From NCBI GenBank assembly GCA_965240325.2, contig OZ251222.1:1302001-1366000 (forward strand): DNA of 64,000 nt, given 5' to 3'. Each line of letters opens with the position of its first letter. Within the stretch, counting starts at the first letter, position 1. Below, piece after piece: positions 21,018-32,560 of this stretch. Made by a program: the position numbers and the translations under genes. The notes beneath the pieces are model-generated. The model saw only the letters and a list, made by a program, of their open reading frames with translations. It had not been told where the DNA came from and made no database searches. This DNA is from Rebecca billardiae RCC1528 (taxonomy: Eukaryota > Protista > Haptophyta).

Positions 21018-22941
21018 CAGGTCGCTGCTTCGTTTTTCGGACTGCTTCGTCTTTCAGACCCGGCGATGGCGACGCACCTCGCGCAGCGGCTGCTGTGTGG
21101 CGGGCGCCGCGCGGCAGGGCTAGGCGGCCTGTCGGCGCGTCTGGTGACCTCAACGCAGCTCTGGTGGCTGCGGGGCTGGAGCCCATCGCCTTCCCGATCG
21201 TGCTGTTGCTCGACAACCACTCGTCGCGGTACACGGAGGACGTGCTCGCAGCCCTCGGCACTGCTGAGTCCGAGTTCGGCATCCGCATCTTCACCGAGGA
21301 GCCGAACACGTCGCACTTCCTACAGGTAGGCGCCCGTGCGCGCGGACGGCTGCAGCGCCTCTCCGGCGCGCGCGCGTGCCCCGGGTGTACCTGGCGTGCA
21401 ATCGGCCCGGCGCGCGCGCGCGACGCGCGCACACTCACCTCTCCGCCCTCGCGCGGCCGCACGCACCGTGAAGGCTCTCGATCAGTACAACCACAAGTTC
21501 CACTCGCAATACCAGAAGGGCCTGGCGTCTTTCAAGCACGCGTACACGGCGAGCTACGGCAAGGAGCCCACGATCGGCCTCCGCGAGTTCCTCCAGATCC
21601 TCGGCGGCTGTGAGGAGCTGTCCACGCCGGGTGCGTGGTTCTCGTGGTGTGACACCTTTGACATCATCAACGCGTGGCGCAAGGTGGGCATCACGGGCAA
21701 CGTGTTGGACCCGGACCAGATGAACAGGAAGGACTTCGTGGATCGTCTCGATGCCGCACAGGCGAAGGCGGAGCGCAGGCGGCAAGAGGAGGAGGCCGAT
21801 GCCGCGTCGCTCGCGGCGGCGGCGCCGGCAGCGGCGCCAAGCACTCCGGAGCGCGGGGCTGCGCGCTCGGCCGACGACGGCGAGCCCTCTGGCGCGCACG
21901 CATCACCTACGTTTAGTGCGTTCACAGCCACGCCTGCGGGGATGCGCTCGAACACTGCTCCAGCCCTCCGCGCCAAGCTCGAGCTCGCCAAGGAGTACTC
22001 CGGCCGCCAGGCCGCCAAGCTCGTGCGCGAGCGTGATGAGCACGACGCCGAGCTCGCCGCGGTGCGCAAGGCGGTGAGGTTCGACCCGGGTGAGCTCGCA
22101 GACCAGCTCGGTGTCCTTCCAGTGCCCGCCGTGGAGCTCGCCGCGCCGAAGCCGGACAACACGCGGCTCGACAGCCAAAACGGCTCGTGGTCGTTGCGTG
22201 AGATCAACACGCAGAAGGCCGCGCAGACCGCGCAGAAGGAGGCCGAGGCGGCGCGCAAGGCGGCGGCCGCATCCGAGCGTGCGCGGAAGAAGGCGGAGGC
22301 GGAGGCAGCTGCTGCTGAGCTCGAGGCGAGCTTCGACCGCTGTCACCAGACCTGCTCGTGCGGCGTGTCGCCCTGCCCGATGGCGAAGGCGAGACGCTGC
22401 CCGACGTGCCAGAAGATCGATCTCCGAGGGTGGCTGTGCAAGAAGGCCGAGTGCTCGGAAGCTCGCAAGCAATCGGCGCCGGCGCCGGCCGCGCCGGGCA
22501 CCGCCGCGTCAGTATGAGCTGTCGTCGTCGACCGTGCTGGCCGCGCAGCCGCAGCGCCGGCTGGCGGTGGCGCGGAAGCCTAGTGAATCCCTGAGGTGGT
22601 CTGCTGCATGTATGTGGTATCTAGAGTGCATGATGCCGTTAGCCCGACTCACACGGCTCACCAGACAGCGGCTCTGACTCGGCGCGCGCGCTGAGAGCCC
22701 GCGGGTCTGAAAGTTGAAGCATGCCGTCGGCGGCCCCGTCGTGGACCTCGTGGCGTCCGTGGGGCACATGGTAGTGGAACAAAGTCGTCTAAATGGTACA
22801 TACCCGCTGGGTTGTACCTCAGGCACACCCTGGGGGTGCCGCCAGACGCGATCTCGAGCGCCGCAGACCCCCGGGGGCGCCGCCGCCATCGTGCACAAAA
22901 AGTGAACAGCAATCGGGTCCGAAAGTTGAAGCAGCGACCTG
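21018..22941 (+). mobile_element. pogo-type (Tc1/mariner superfamily) DNA transposon, internally deleted, TA TSD
   Basis: TA|CAGGTCGCTGCTTC...GAAGCAGCGACCTG|TA; 25-bp TIRs with 3 mismatches. Subterminal copies of the TIR core at 21043-21062 and 22702-22721. Encodes a DDE_1-like transposase. Confidence 0.88.
21146..22517 (+). pseudogene. 5'-truncated pogo/DDE_1-family transposase with intron 21326-21473 and a C-terminal Cys-rich region
   Basis: IVLLLDNHSSRY...EPNTSHFLQ|ALDQ is joined by a GT..AG intron. IINAWRKVGI motif present. The N-terminal HTH, first catalytic D and start codon are not found within the element. Confidence 0.82.
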
Positions 22942-25578
22942 TACTAACACTCACGCTGCTGTCTTCTCTAGCTTACTTCAGTTGCCAGCACTGTGCTGCG
23001 CAGACAGCACTCTTGACATGTGTGTGAGCTCGCACTCACGTCCATGCACACGCTCTCGCGCGGGCACGGCGCGTATGCGGTGGCGCTACATTGCACCGCG
23101 GCAGCACGCGCGCGCAGCCGACCAAGTCGCGCGCCACGCGCGCGCGGTCGTCTGAGCAAGCCTGTGCCGCATTCGATGCGGCGGCGCGCACATGCGTGCT
23201 GCTCCAAGGCGGGAAGGAGGCGACGAGGAGGACGGCGCTCGGGGCAAAGTGAGGTGCACTGCCGCTGCGCAGCGGGCCGAGCGCCGCGCATCCTCCGCGG
23301 ACCGACTCGGCCGACGCCGCGCCTCACGCCGTGCGCGGCCTCAGCGCCCTCCGCCGCTGATAGTACTCGCTCCGCTCCGCTCGCACCGGGCGCCGAGGCA
23401 AACAGAGCCCTCCCGACCTCCGCGGCTGTCGCCAGCGGAGTTGCTCACCCTTACTACCCTTGCCCCAACCTCCGCCACTCGGCGCCACTGGGAGTTGACA
23501 GCCCTTACCGCCCTTGGTCGGAGCCGGAGGGGGCGCGGCGCCCGCGCGGCGTGTGCGGCCCGCGTTTGCACGCCGCGGCTGCGGCGACAGGAGCTCAGGA
23601 GGCGCCAGCCACGAGCGACCGACGGGTGAGGACGGCGATGGGCAGGTGCGCGCGGCGAGTGGCGCCTGGAGCGCGCGGCTGCGGCGGGTCCCGACTGCCG
23701 TCGACATCGCGTTCGTGCCCCCGCTCACTCCGCGCGCCCCCGCCGCCCCGTGTCGATGCCTGCGCGCGGCCGCGCGCCCGGTCGCCGGGGCGCCCGGCGG
23801 CCGCGCCGCGGCAGCCGCCCTGTATTCGGGCTCTCGCAAGCTCGGGGGCAGCGGCGCCTGATGCCGGACTGATCGATCTCTGAGTCTTCGACTTCACCAC
23901 GCGCCGCCCTTGCCATGCCTTTCCGGGGAGCGCCGACGATCCGAGTCCATCCATCGTCGACGGTCGACTCTGAGCGAGGGCTACGCCTCGGAACTGAACG
24001 GTACTCTACGAGGAGGACGAGCTGCGCGGGCGACGGTGGTGCGTGACGTCCCCAGAGCTGGCTGTGCCTCTGCAACGCGTGCCGAGCCTGATCGAGGTGT
24101 GTCAGCCCGTGCACGCGCGGCGTGCGCGAACGATCCGTGACTGGACACTGGTGCCCGCTCGCACCTCCGACCTCGGCACCGTGCTCCCTCGGGCTGTCAG
24201 CTCCGCGTGGCCTGGCGTGCACGTAGAGTTGCGCTCATGCGTCGATCACGCCTCGCGCCCGCCTGTCGGCCGTCGCGCAGGCGCTGGTCGAACCCTACTC
24301 GGACCAGTGCAAATCATCTACAGTACGTTCGTTCTACGGAAAAGGACCGCGGAACGCGGTCATAATATTCGACGACTCATTTAGTCATTAGACGGTCATG
24401 CAGACATCATGTCACTTGTCAGCGGCATTCCGAGGTGGTGACGTGTGACTGACGAGTGGGCCTCGATCGTGCGGCTAAATATGATTAAATGTTGCCGGGC
24501 TGCGCGTCAGCGGCTGCGCATTGTCCATCCACTCGACTCCAGTCAAGGCCCGGCGGCTTTCTAACTGACGAGTGTGACGGTGCTGAGTGCTGACTACTGG
24601 GCACTGGCCTCACTCCACTTACTCTTAGCCAGCAGGTGATCGGCCCAGCGGCGCTTAGCCGGCGCCCCCGGCGGGCCAGGCGGCCTGTCCGCCGAATGCC
24701 GGGCTGCACGAGGCCGCTTACGACGCTGTCGACTGTCGTCGTCCGAGCAGTTTTCGCAACACTACTGTTATGACTGTAGTGTTTCAAATGCCACTGAGAT
24801 TCGGTATAAATAACAGCGTGAGACTGCATGTCGCCAAGCGGTTGCGGCGCCCGCCACTCGCCAGTGGCGGCTTGAGGTGACGACAATTTACACTGTGACA
24901 CGGTGTCACGTTGATGTCAGTGACGTCACGTCAGAGTCGCGACAAGCTGTCAAAGCTGCGCGGCTTCCTGCCAGCCTTCCCGCAGGACGGTCCAATATAT
25001 AGGCAATAATCCCGGAGCCACCCGACCGGGCACTGTCAACTGAGCGTACGTGTGCCTTGTCACAGGCTTCGGCTTCGGTTCGCGGACCCCCTACAGTAAG
25101 CGGCTAAGTCCGGTCACTGGAGCGTTACACTTACATCTTGACATGGATATCGGCGGCGGGATCGCCGCCTCTGATGATCTAAAATATCGCGTAGTTACGG
25201 TAGTACGTCTACTCCTAGTCCTATTCCTAACCCCGCAGGCGGTCCCGCTTCAGGAATCAGGACGCCATATGACGGCCAGATGGATATCGCTGAATCACAG
25301 CCAGCAAACCTCCGCCAATAGGTTCCGAGACTACTCTATTCTCTGCTACAACTAACTACCCAGTCCGGGTGCCATTTCCGCACTCACTAATCACTATGCC
25401 CGCACGTCAGTGCCGCGACGACTGCGGTGCGGCTGTCTTGAAACGGCCCGAGTCTGCAGCACGCCAAGCAGACGGCGTCGGCGATGCGGCGCGGGCGGGC
25501 GCCAACCTCGAGTCTCCGGTTTGTCTCGCCCAGGCCGGCTCGAACTCGCGAACTTCGTTCGCCAGTATCAATCAGCAA

Positions 25579-26895
25579 TCAAACGAGCTGCGGAAGCCGC
25601 ATGCCGGCCTTGGGCATCCGCGGTCGGAGGGACCATCGCCCCCCCACGCCGGGCGAGCCTGTGTTCGACGGCCCTGGCTCGTCCGACTGCACAGCGCCGG
25701 GCCTGGCAGACGCGCCGCCCGAGAGGCGGGGGCCGCGCATGAGGCCCGTGAGCGGCCGGGAGAGGAGCTTCCCGGCGGTCGAGCCGCGAGTCATCGACTT
25801 TGTGGGGGAGTCGTTGCCGCTCTCGCCGGAGTCGCGCGCCGGGCGGTCGTCCGAGGCGCTGGCCAAGCGGCGCTGGAAGCTCAAAGGCGCGTCCAGCGGG
25901 TTGGCCGGGCTCTGCTGCGGCTGCGCCCCCGGGTCGAAGAGCGAGTGCCGGCTGAAGAGGGGCTCTGGCGACATCTCGACGCGCCGGGGGGCGGCGCCGG
26001 AGTTGGCGGCGGAGGTGACGGCGGAGGTGTTGCCCGAGCGCCATCCCGAGACGGACGCGGGCCCCGAGCGCGCCTTCGGCGGCGACTGCGCAGGCGTCGT
26101 GATCGGGCTGGCCAGCACCTCCTCCTCGTCGGTTTCGTACCCGTCCTCCCTGACCGGCTCGGTCGAGCGGCGCGGCTTGGCGGAGACGAGGCTGTTGTCC
26201 AGATCGCGCGTGCGGCGGCGCGGCTTGCTCGAGGGGCTGTTGGGATCGGTGAGGCGGCGCGGCCGCGTCCCGTTAGTCCTCGATGGGTTGAACGTCGGCT
26301 CTGGCGGGGGCTCCATGCCGAGCCTCTCGGCGCGCTTCACGCGGCGCTCGTGCTCGGCCGCCAGCTGCTTGGCCATGTCCTTCGTCTTGAGCTCGGCGAC
26401 CTCGCGCTCGGTGAGGCGCGCGAGGCAGGCGCACTCAAAGTGGTCCGCCTGGATGGCCACGTCGATGGGTCTCCGCTTCTTCACGTCGCGCAGCGAGAGG
26501 TCTGCGCCGCGCGCCATGAGCAGCTCGAAGATCTCGCCGTCGCCGCGGAACGCGGCCCACCAGGCCGGCGTGCGCCCGTTGTCGTCGGGGTGGTCGACGG
26601 TGCTCATGGAGGCCTTGCCGCGCGTGAGCACCTCGACGCACGCAAAGTGGCCGCCCCTCACGGCCAGCACGAGGGGCGTCGCGCCGTCCTTGTCCGAGGC
26701 CAGGATCTCAGCCTTGTTCTTGCGCAGCTGCAGGATGACCTGGTCCTTGCCCGCGCGCGCGGCGGCGTGCAGAGCGGTGAGCCCACTCTTGGGGTCCTCG
26801 TCGTTGGGGTTCGCGCCCATGCTGAGCAGGTCCTTCACCTTCTCCACGTCGCCGGTGGAGCATGCTTGCCTGAGGTCCGCGTGGAGGTTTGGCAT
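25579..26895 (-). CDS. Ankyrin-repeat protein with disordered C-terminus
   Basis: Ankyrin repeats [25 protein letters not shown] and GRTPAWWAAFRG. Start taken at MPNLHADL. Confidence 0.85.
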   Translation of the reverse strand: MPNLHADLRQACSTGDVEKVKDLLSMGANPNDEDPKSGLTALHAAARAGKDQVILQLRKNKAEILASDKDGATPLVLAVRGGHFACVEVLTRGKASMSTVDHPDDNGRTPAWWAAFRGDGEIFELLMARGADLSLRDVKKRRPIDVAIQADHFECACLARLTEREVAELKTKDMAKQLAAEHERRVKRAERLGMEPPPEPTFNPSRTNGTRPRRLTDPNSPSSKPRRRTRDLDNSLVSAKPRRSTEPVREDGYETDEEEVLASPITTPAQSPPKARSGPASVSGWRSGNTSAVTSAANSGAAPRRVEMSPEPLFSRHSLFDPGAQPQQSPANPLDAPLSFQRRLASASDDRPARDSGESGNDSPTKSMTRGSTAGKLLSRPLTGLMRGPRLSGGASARPGAVQSDEPGPSNTGSPGVGGRWSLRPRMPKAGMRLPQLV

Positions 26896-27904
26896 GTTTG
26901 GCGTGGCCGTCGGTCGGGGTTGCGGCAGTCCGTCCCGGGTGTGTCGCTCGGATTCGCGTTTCTCGGCGCTCGGCTCGGGGGCCGCGGCTCCTTGAGAGTG
27001 CTTCCGCGACGCCTGTCCGACGACGATTTGGAGATTCCTCCCCTGATTCATCAACGAGCGTTGGCAAATCAATAGAGTAGGATCAATACTCAATATGGAC
27101 GGCTTGACGATGCAGGATGATAGGTTAGAAATAGTTAGATGCGCGGTAAATACCCACGTCGCGTATGCATCATTCCGAGCTTCTTTTCTTGTACATGTCG
27201 AACATGTGCGCCGTGGTACTACTATCTAGTTTTACCCCAACTCCGACGTAGAACCATCCCACCTCCATTGTTTTCTCATAAGTGTGTGGGCTTCGCAACC
27301 TTCGCTCCACGATCTCCCCCAGGCGATCCCTGCGAGATCTTATTCCTGGTTCGTTGTTCGTCACTATTGGACGGAGCGCGCGGTAGGCAGTCGCCGAACA
27401 TTCTCTGGATGCCTTTAGCCAGCCCGTTTTGGACTTCTTTCTCGGTCTTCGTAGCAAGGTAATTCATCAACCCCTGACTGGACCAGGGAGGATTGACGAC
27501 AAACGGCGGGGCATCCATGCATGCACCCTGGCCGCGCCGATGCCAATAGACCGCCGTGCTCCACGAGCTGCCCGTGTCGCGCGCTGCGCCGACATGAGAG
27601 CATGTGGCCGGTGGTGGGCGGCGAGCACGAGAAACGCCCTCGACGTCGACGTCCTACGCTACGTACGAGTTGTGACCAACTACTCGCGTTGATGCGGTCG
27701 ACGATGGCGGTGCGCTTGGCTGTCGCCGAGCTTGGCGAGGCTGACCCGGCGCACATCGGCTACGTCTTCGCCGAGATCACGTCCGGGCATAGCGAGGCTA
27801 TCGATTTAGGCGCCGTGCGGCTCGAGCTGATGGAGGCGCGCGCCACGTAACGCGTGTGTGCTGAGCCGACGGCCCACCCGACGGCAGCATGCTCTGCGCA
27901 CTCG

Positions 27905-28397
27905 CGAGGGAGCATGTGCCTGCGCGCAAGCCGCGCCGCCTTGAGACACTGATCGTGAGCAGGGCATGCACCTCGCACGCAACGTTTCTTCTTGCCTTTG
28001 CAAATGTCGCGGTGCCCTTGACAGGACTCTTCATCCGATTGAGCAACTACTTCAGGCATGGCATGACGGCAGCCACGTGCGCAGGCGATGCAGATGTGCA
28101 CTAGTCGCTGCGCGCACACACAGCCCAAAGACTCCTACTAATTCTATGATTTAAAGACACAGGCACGAGGGCGCAGCTCTCCTGATTCGTCTGTCGTGGT
28201 ACTGGTCGAAGCTTGCAGCAGTGGCAGTGGTATTCATCGCTTCAGGGCGCTCACGGTCTGTTGTTTCATCTCCACTGCATGCAAGGCTTGTGCAGGCTGA
28301 TACGGGCGTTCGTCGACAGCCGTCTCGGAAGCTGCATCAACACACACGATCGGTGTCTCAAGGCGGCGCGGCTTGCGCGCAGGCACATGCTCCCTCG
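27905..28397. repeat. 53-bp inverted repeat pair with ~390-bp spacer (degenerate foldback/MITE)
   Basis: 27905-27957 is the reverse complement of 28345-28397 with one mismatch. Confidence 0.85.
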
Positions 28398-28928
28398 CTC
28401 AGCCGCAGCTCGTGCCCCGAGTCGATCGCATCGCGCGCCAGGCGGGCGCTTACGGCTGAGGCCGGCGCGGGCTGCTCATTCCGAGGCGACGCGTGCATGC
28501 GCGCTGATCGTAGGCGCGACAAAGTCGACGAGGAGCGAGCTGCGGGGCGTAATGCGGAGCATGATCGTGTTCCGATGACACGCAAGCAACGCGCCGCCTT
28601 CGCACGAATACTCGACGGCCGCAGCGCGCCGCGCCAAGCGCGCGCCAAGCGCCCATCGACTCCAAGCGCGCCTTGCCCGCAAGCGCGTTTTCATTTTCCC
28701 GCGCTTTGTTAATTCGCGTACAATCTCGCCTGCTGCCTGAGCTGTGTGCGTCTCTTATTCTTAGTAAACTGTACAGTTTACTATGTTTTAACGTGCACAC
28801 TATCTAATTGGTTAAGGCGTGATTGACGCCATAGTGAGTTTTAATATAATACGTTTTTCTTACCCGTGCGGGGAACGCCGGCCCAGGCCTCATATTACGT
28901 CAGATCACCGCCCAAATTTTCGGCCGCC

Positions 28929-31900
28929 ATGCGCGCATCCGCACCGCGGGCGCGCAGCGCTGGCACGGGGAAGCGCGCCAGCTCGCGCGGCCGGCGGCGG
29001 GCGACACCTCGCAGCCAGACGCCGCGCATCAGCTCGAGGATCTCGGCGCTTGCGCAGCCAGTCGAGCGGCGACGGCGAACGCTCTCGCATGACGGCGCCG
29101 CGGCGGATGCCGAGCCGCATACGCGCCGTGCGCCGCTGCCTGCGCCGCGGGCACCGGTGGAGGTGCAGCCGCCGCCGTCGCCGGCCCTCGCCGAGCTGCA
29201 CGCAAGCCTAACCGCGCGCTCAGGCCGCAGGCCGCCGTCCTCCGCGTGGGATGGCCCGCTGCCGACGGGCACGGGTTCTGCCGGCGACGGGCGCCCGCAG
29301 CCAAGCGGCGCCATGCACGTGCCGATGGCGAGCCGAGCGTCGAGCTCGGCGAGCGAGCTCCTCTCGCCACCCACTCGTGGCCCCACCGCATGGCTCGCCT
29401 CGCGTGGCCCGCTGCACGCCTCGCCGGTGACTTCGCCGGCGGTGGCATCGCCGGCTGCGCGCGGTGCGCGCCCGCGCGCCACGCCGCAGCCCTCGCCGCC
29501 GAGTGACGATGTGCCCAGCGGCAGCGCACCGCCCACGCCTGCGCACTGGCGCTTCGCCTGGGCCTCGCCGCCCGCTGCCCCGCCCACGCTCAGCGAGTAC
29601 GACCTCAAGATCGCCCGCAGCCTCTTCCTCGAGCGCGCCAGCGCGCTCGCGCCACCCGCGGGCGCGCGCGGCACCCCGGTTGCCGGCGCCGCGGCGCCCG
29701 CCCCGGCCGGCCGGTCGGAGGGCTGGGCGACAGCCGAGCGCACCGCCGTCGAGGGTGCGGATGCCGTCCGGCCGCACGCGCTTCCGGTCGACGAGCTCGA
29801 GCGGCTGCTGATCGAGCTCGCGCTGGGCGTGGGCGTGGGCGCGCTCGCCGCGCAGCGTGCGTGGCGCCACGCCGCTCGCTCGCTCCCAGGCGGCGCCACG
29901 TCCGGCGCCAGCGTGGCGCCGCGCAGTCCGACGGAGGCGGCGCTCAGCTTCGACGCCGGCCCGGCGCCTCGCGCGTACGAGGGCGCCGCGCCGCAGCCGG
30001 CCGACGCCGACGCCGACGCCGTCGGCAGCGCCGCAGCAGCGCCGGCGCGCGCGGCCGCCGGCGCTAGCGACGCAGACGTCTCCGAGACGGCGGGCGCGGA
30101 GGCGGCGGAGGAGGGCGGAGGTGCTGCCGCTGCGGGCGGCGAGGGCGGAGGCGGCGCCGACGGCAGGCAGGGCGGCGAGGCGGCGCGTGGCGACGGCGAG
30201 GACGAGGCCGCGCCGGCCCACGCGCCCCCAGCCGCCGCATCGCCGCGCGGCGCGGCGGCTCTGGACGGCCGCGGCCCGGCGACGGAGGCGGGCTTGCCGC
30301 GAACAGGCGCGGCGCCGGGCGGGCGGCGCGGCATGCAGATTGAGCTGCACGCGTTCGAGGAGTGGTACAGCCGGGCGGTGTGGCCGCTGCTCTGGGCGGC
30401 CATCGTGCGCGTGCCCTCGCCGCCCTCCAGCGCGCGCTCGGGCGCGACCACCTCGGGCGCCTCCGCGGCCTCCCGCGCGTCGACCGCGGCACCTGAGCCG
30501 CAGCAAAGTCCGGTGCCGCAAAGTCCGGAGCAGCAGCCAAGAATGAGTCCGGCCGAGCTGCTCGTGGGCGGCGTGGGTGAGGTGGCGGACTTTGCGCCGC
30601 TGGCCACGCCCGGCTCGGAGCGCGAGCGCGTGGACCGGATCGCGCGCGGCTTCTGCACCGGCGTGGACCACACACTGCTCGCGCTGAGCGACGTGCTCGA
30701 GCTGCTGCGCGCGCTGCACGGCGGGCGCGCGCAGCTGCAGGCGCGCGGCGCGGCCGGCACGCCGCTCGGCACGATGGCCGTGGCGGCGCGGCGGGAGCTC
30801 GGCCTTGACGCGGACCGTGACGGGCGCGTGCAGCGCGCGGCGTTCGTGCGCTGGTGGTGCGGCCGCGGCGTCTGGGCCGAGCGCGCCGCGCGCCACGCCG
30901 TGCGCGCGGGCGGCGCGCCCGCCTCGGCGTATGAGCAGGCGGTGGCGCAGCTGGCGCGCGCGGTTCAGGCTGTCCCAGACAGTGGCCATGACGAGCTCGC
31001 GGACGTCGAGCGCGCGCGCGCGCTCTTCGAGCGGCGCGCGCGCGCCGAGCGCGGGCGCTCGCCGCTCCGCGCGGCGCGCGCGCCGCGGCTGCACGAGCCG
31101 CGCGCGCGCGCCCCGCTCTCGTTGCCCATGTCTCAGCTGGAGCCTCTCGTCGCCGAGCTGGCCGCTGAGTGGGGGCTGACACCGGCCGAGCATCAGCGCG
31201 CCGCGGGCGAGGGCGCGGCGCAGCGCGCGGGCGGCGCGCTCCCGCCAGCCACGTGGGCGCGGCGGCGCGCGCTTTGGCTGAGCGCGCGCGCCGCGCTCGG
31301 CTCGGAGACCGAGCTCCGCTCCGAGGCCGCGCCCGAGGCCGCGCGCGTGCACGAGCTCGACTTCGCGCTGTGGTGCGCGCGCGCCGCGCGCCTTCGTTGC
31401 GCGCGCGAGCACGCCGCGCGGCCGCGGCGCGGCTTTGTATGCGTGCGGCGTGCGCGCCGGCGTGCGGGGCCTCGGGGCGGGCGCTCCGACGCATCGTCAC
31501 GCCTCGACGCGCGCCCCGCGCCCTCTCTGCACCGCGGCCGCGCGCTTGGCCCCTGCTCTGACGCCGCGCGCGCACCCTCTCTGCGCCCGCCTGGTCGCGC
31601 GCGCGTGGCCGAAAAACCACCAAAAAAACCGCCCTGCGGCGCGCAGGGTTGTGCGCCATGCGCTGCCGGAGGCAAGGCGGCATCGGTTCCTCGTGCGGCG
31701 GTACGGCCCACCGCCCGCGCTGCCCGCCGCGGGGCCCGACGCGACGCCACCGCCGACCGACGCCGCTTCTCTCACCGCGCACTCGCTCTGGCTGGCCGGG
31801 CCAGCGGACGCGCTTGAAATCGAGCGCGCGCTGGCGACGCGCGCGTTCGCCGAGTTCAGCGAGCGCGCGCCGCACAACAGCGCACGGCATGGCGCGGACG

Positions 31901-32262
31901 GCGTGGACGAGGGCGAGGGCGAGGGCGGGATCGACCGGCACGGCTGGCGCGCGCGGGCGCCCTGGCTCGCGCCGCATGCATGCGAGGCGGTCGCGCGCGT
32001 GCTGCTCTCGGGGCGCGTGCCTCGCGACGTCATGCTGCGCGCGTGCGCCGGCGCGCGCCCCGCCCTGGTCGAGCGCGCGGGCAAGCAGGGGCGGGTGCGC
32101 GTGCGCCGCTTCTGCGAGTACTACACCGAGCACGTGCTTCCCCGCGCGCTGGACCCGACCGCGTCGCCATCGCCCAAGCTCACGCGCGCGTCGTCATCGC
32201 TCTCGCAAGTGCCGAGCGAGGTCGCGCACGCCTCGTGGTTCGATCGTGCCGCCGGCCTGTGA
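28929..32262 (+). CDS. Hypothetical two-exon protein with degenerate EF-hand-like repeats (intron 31373-31646)
   Basis: The GT..AG intron joins the 28866 and 31435 ORF frames (DFALW|VVRHAL). LDADRDGRVQRAAFVRWW is EF-hand-like; related F..W/Y motifs recur (AFEEWY, RFCEYY). Confidence 0.6.
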
Positions 32263-32560
32263 GCTGCGACGACGATGTCTCGTTGGGGAATGGGCCGCTC
32301 GGGCTGGAGCCGCAGCCCCCGCGGCAGCCTATCGTGAGCCCATTTGCCGCCTACGACAAGTGGTACGCCGCCATCGTGCCGGCACGGTACCCAGTGAGAC
32401 CCTGCGGCTTAGGAAGTCCGGGCTGGGGAGCCAGCGCCCACTGGCCACTGCCCAAGTGGCGTCGGGGTCCGGGGCGTCCTGCGCCCGCCGCACCGGTCCG
32501 GGTGGCCGGACGTCCGACGCCGAAGATTCGGGAGCCCGTCGTCGCGCGTCCTTCATCAGC

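Larger units (their letters stand above)
20407..23462. mobile_element. Long-TIR non-autonomous DNA transposon B (CAAGGG termini, 7-bp TSD CCCCAAC) inserted in the right arm of A
   Basis: Arms 20407-20816 and 23055-23462. CCCCAAC at 20400-20406 and 23463-23469. Confidence 0.9.
19321..23516. mobile_element. Long-TIR non-autonomous DNA transposon A (CAAGGG termini, 7-bp TSD GTCGGAG)
   Basis: Left arm 19321-19740; right arm 20038-20406 plus 23470-23516. GTCGGAG at 19314-19320 and 23517-23523. Confidence 0.9.
18913..24372 (+). mobile_element. Putative non-autonomous Helentron/Helitron2-like element, copy 1, interrupted by nested insertions
   Basis: The first ~150 bp match the reverse complement of 63658-63834. 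The 3' end, with hairpin GACCGCG-GAA-CGCGGTC (24345-24361), matches the reverse complement of 62632-62670. Length is about 1.26 kb after removing the inserts. Confidence 0.55.

Noticed and set aside
20407-23462. pogo-type transposase apparently producing 7-bp TSDs
   Set aside because: The transposase has its own 25-bp TIRs and TA TSD (21018-22941). It is a nested passenger, not the mobiliser of element B.
27276-27518. NPPW motif suggesting an adenine methyltransferase or DIRS fragment
   Set aside because: It is a single 4-residue motif in an 80-aa ORF with no supporting SAM-binding or retroelement motifs.
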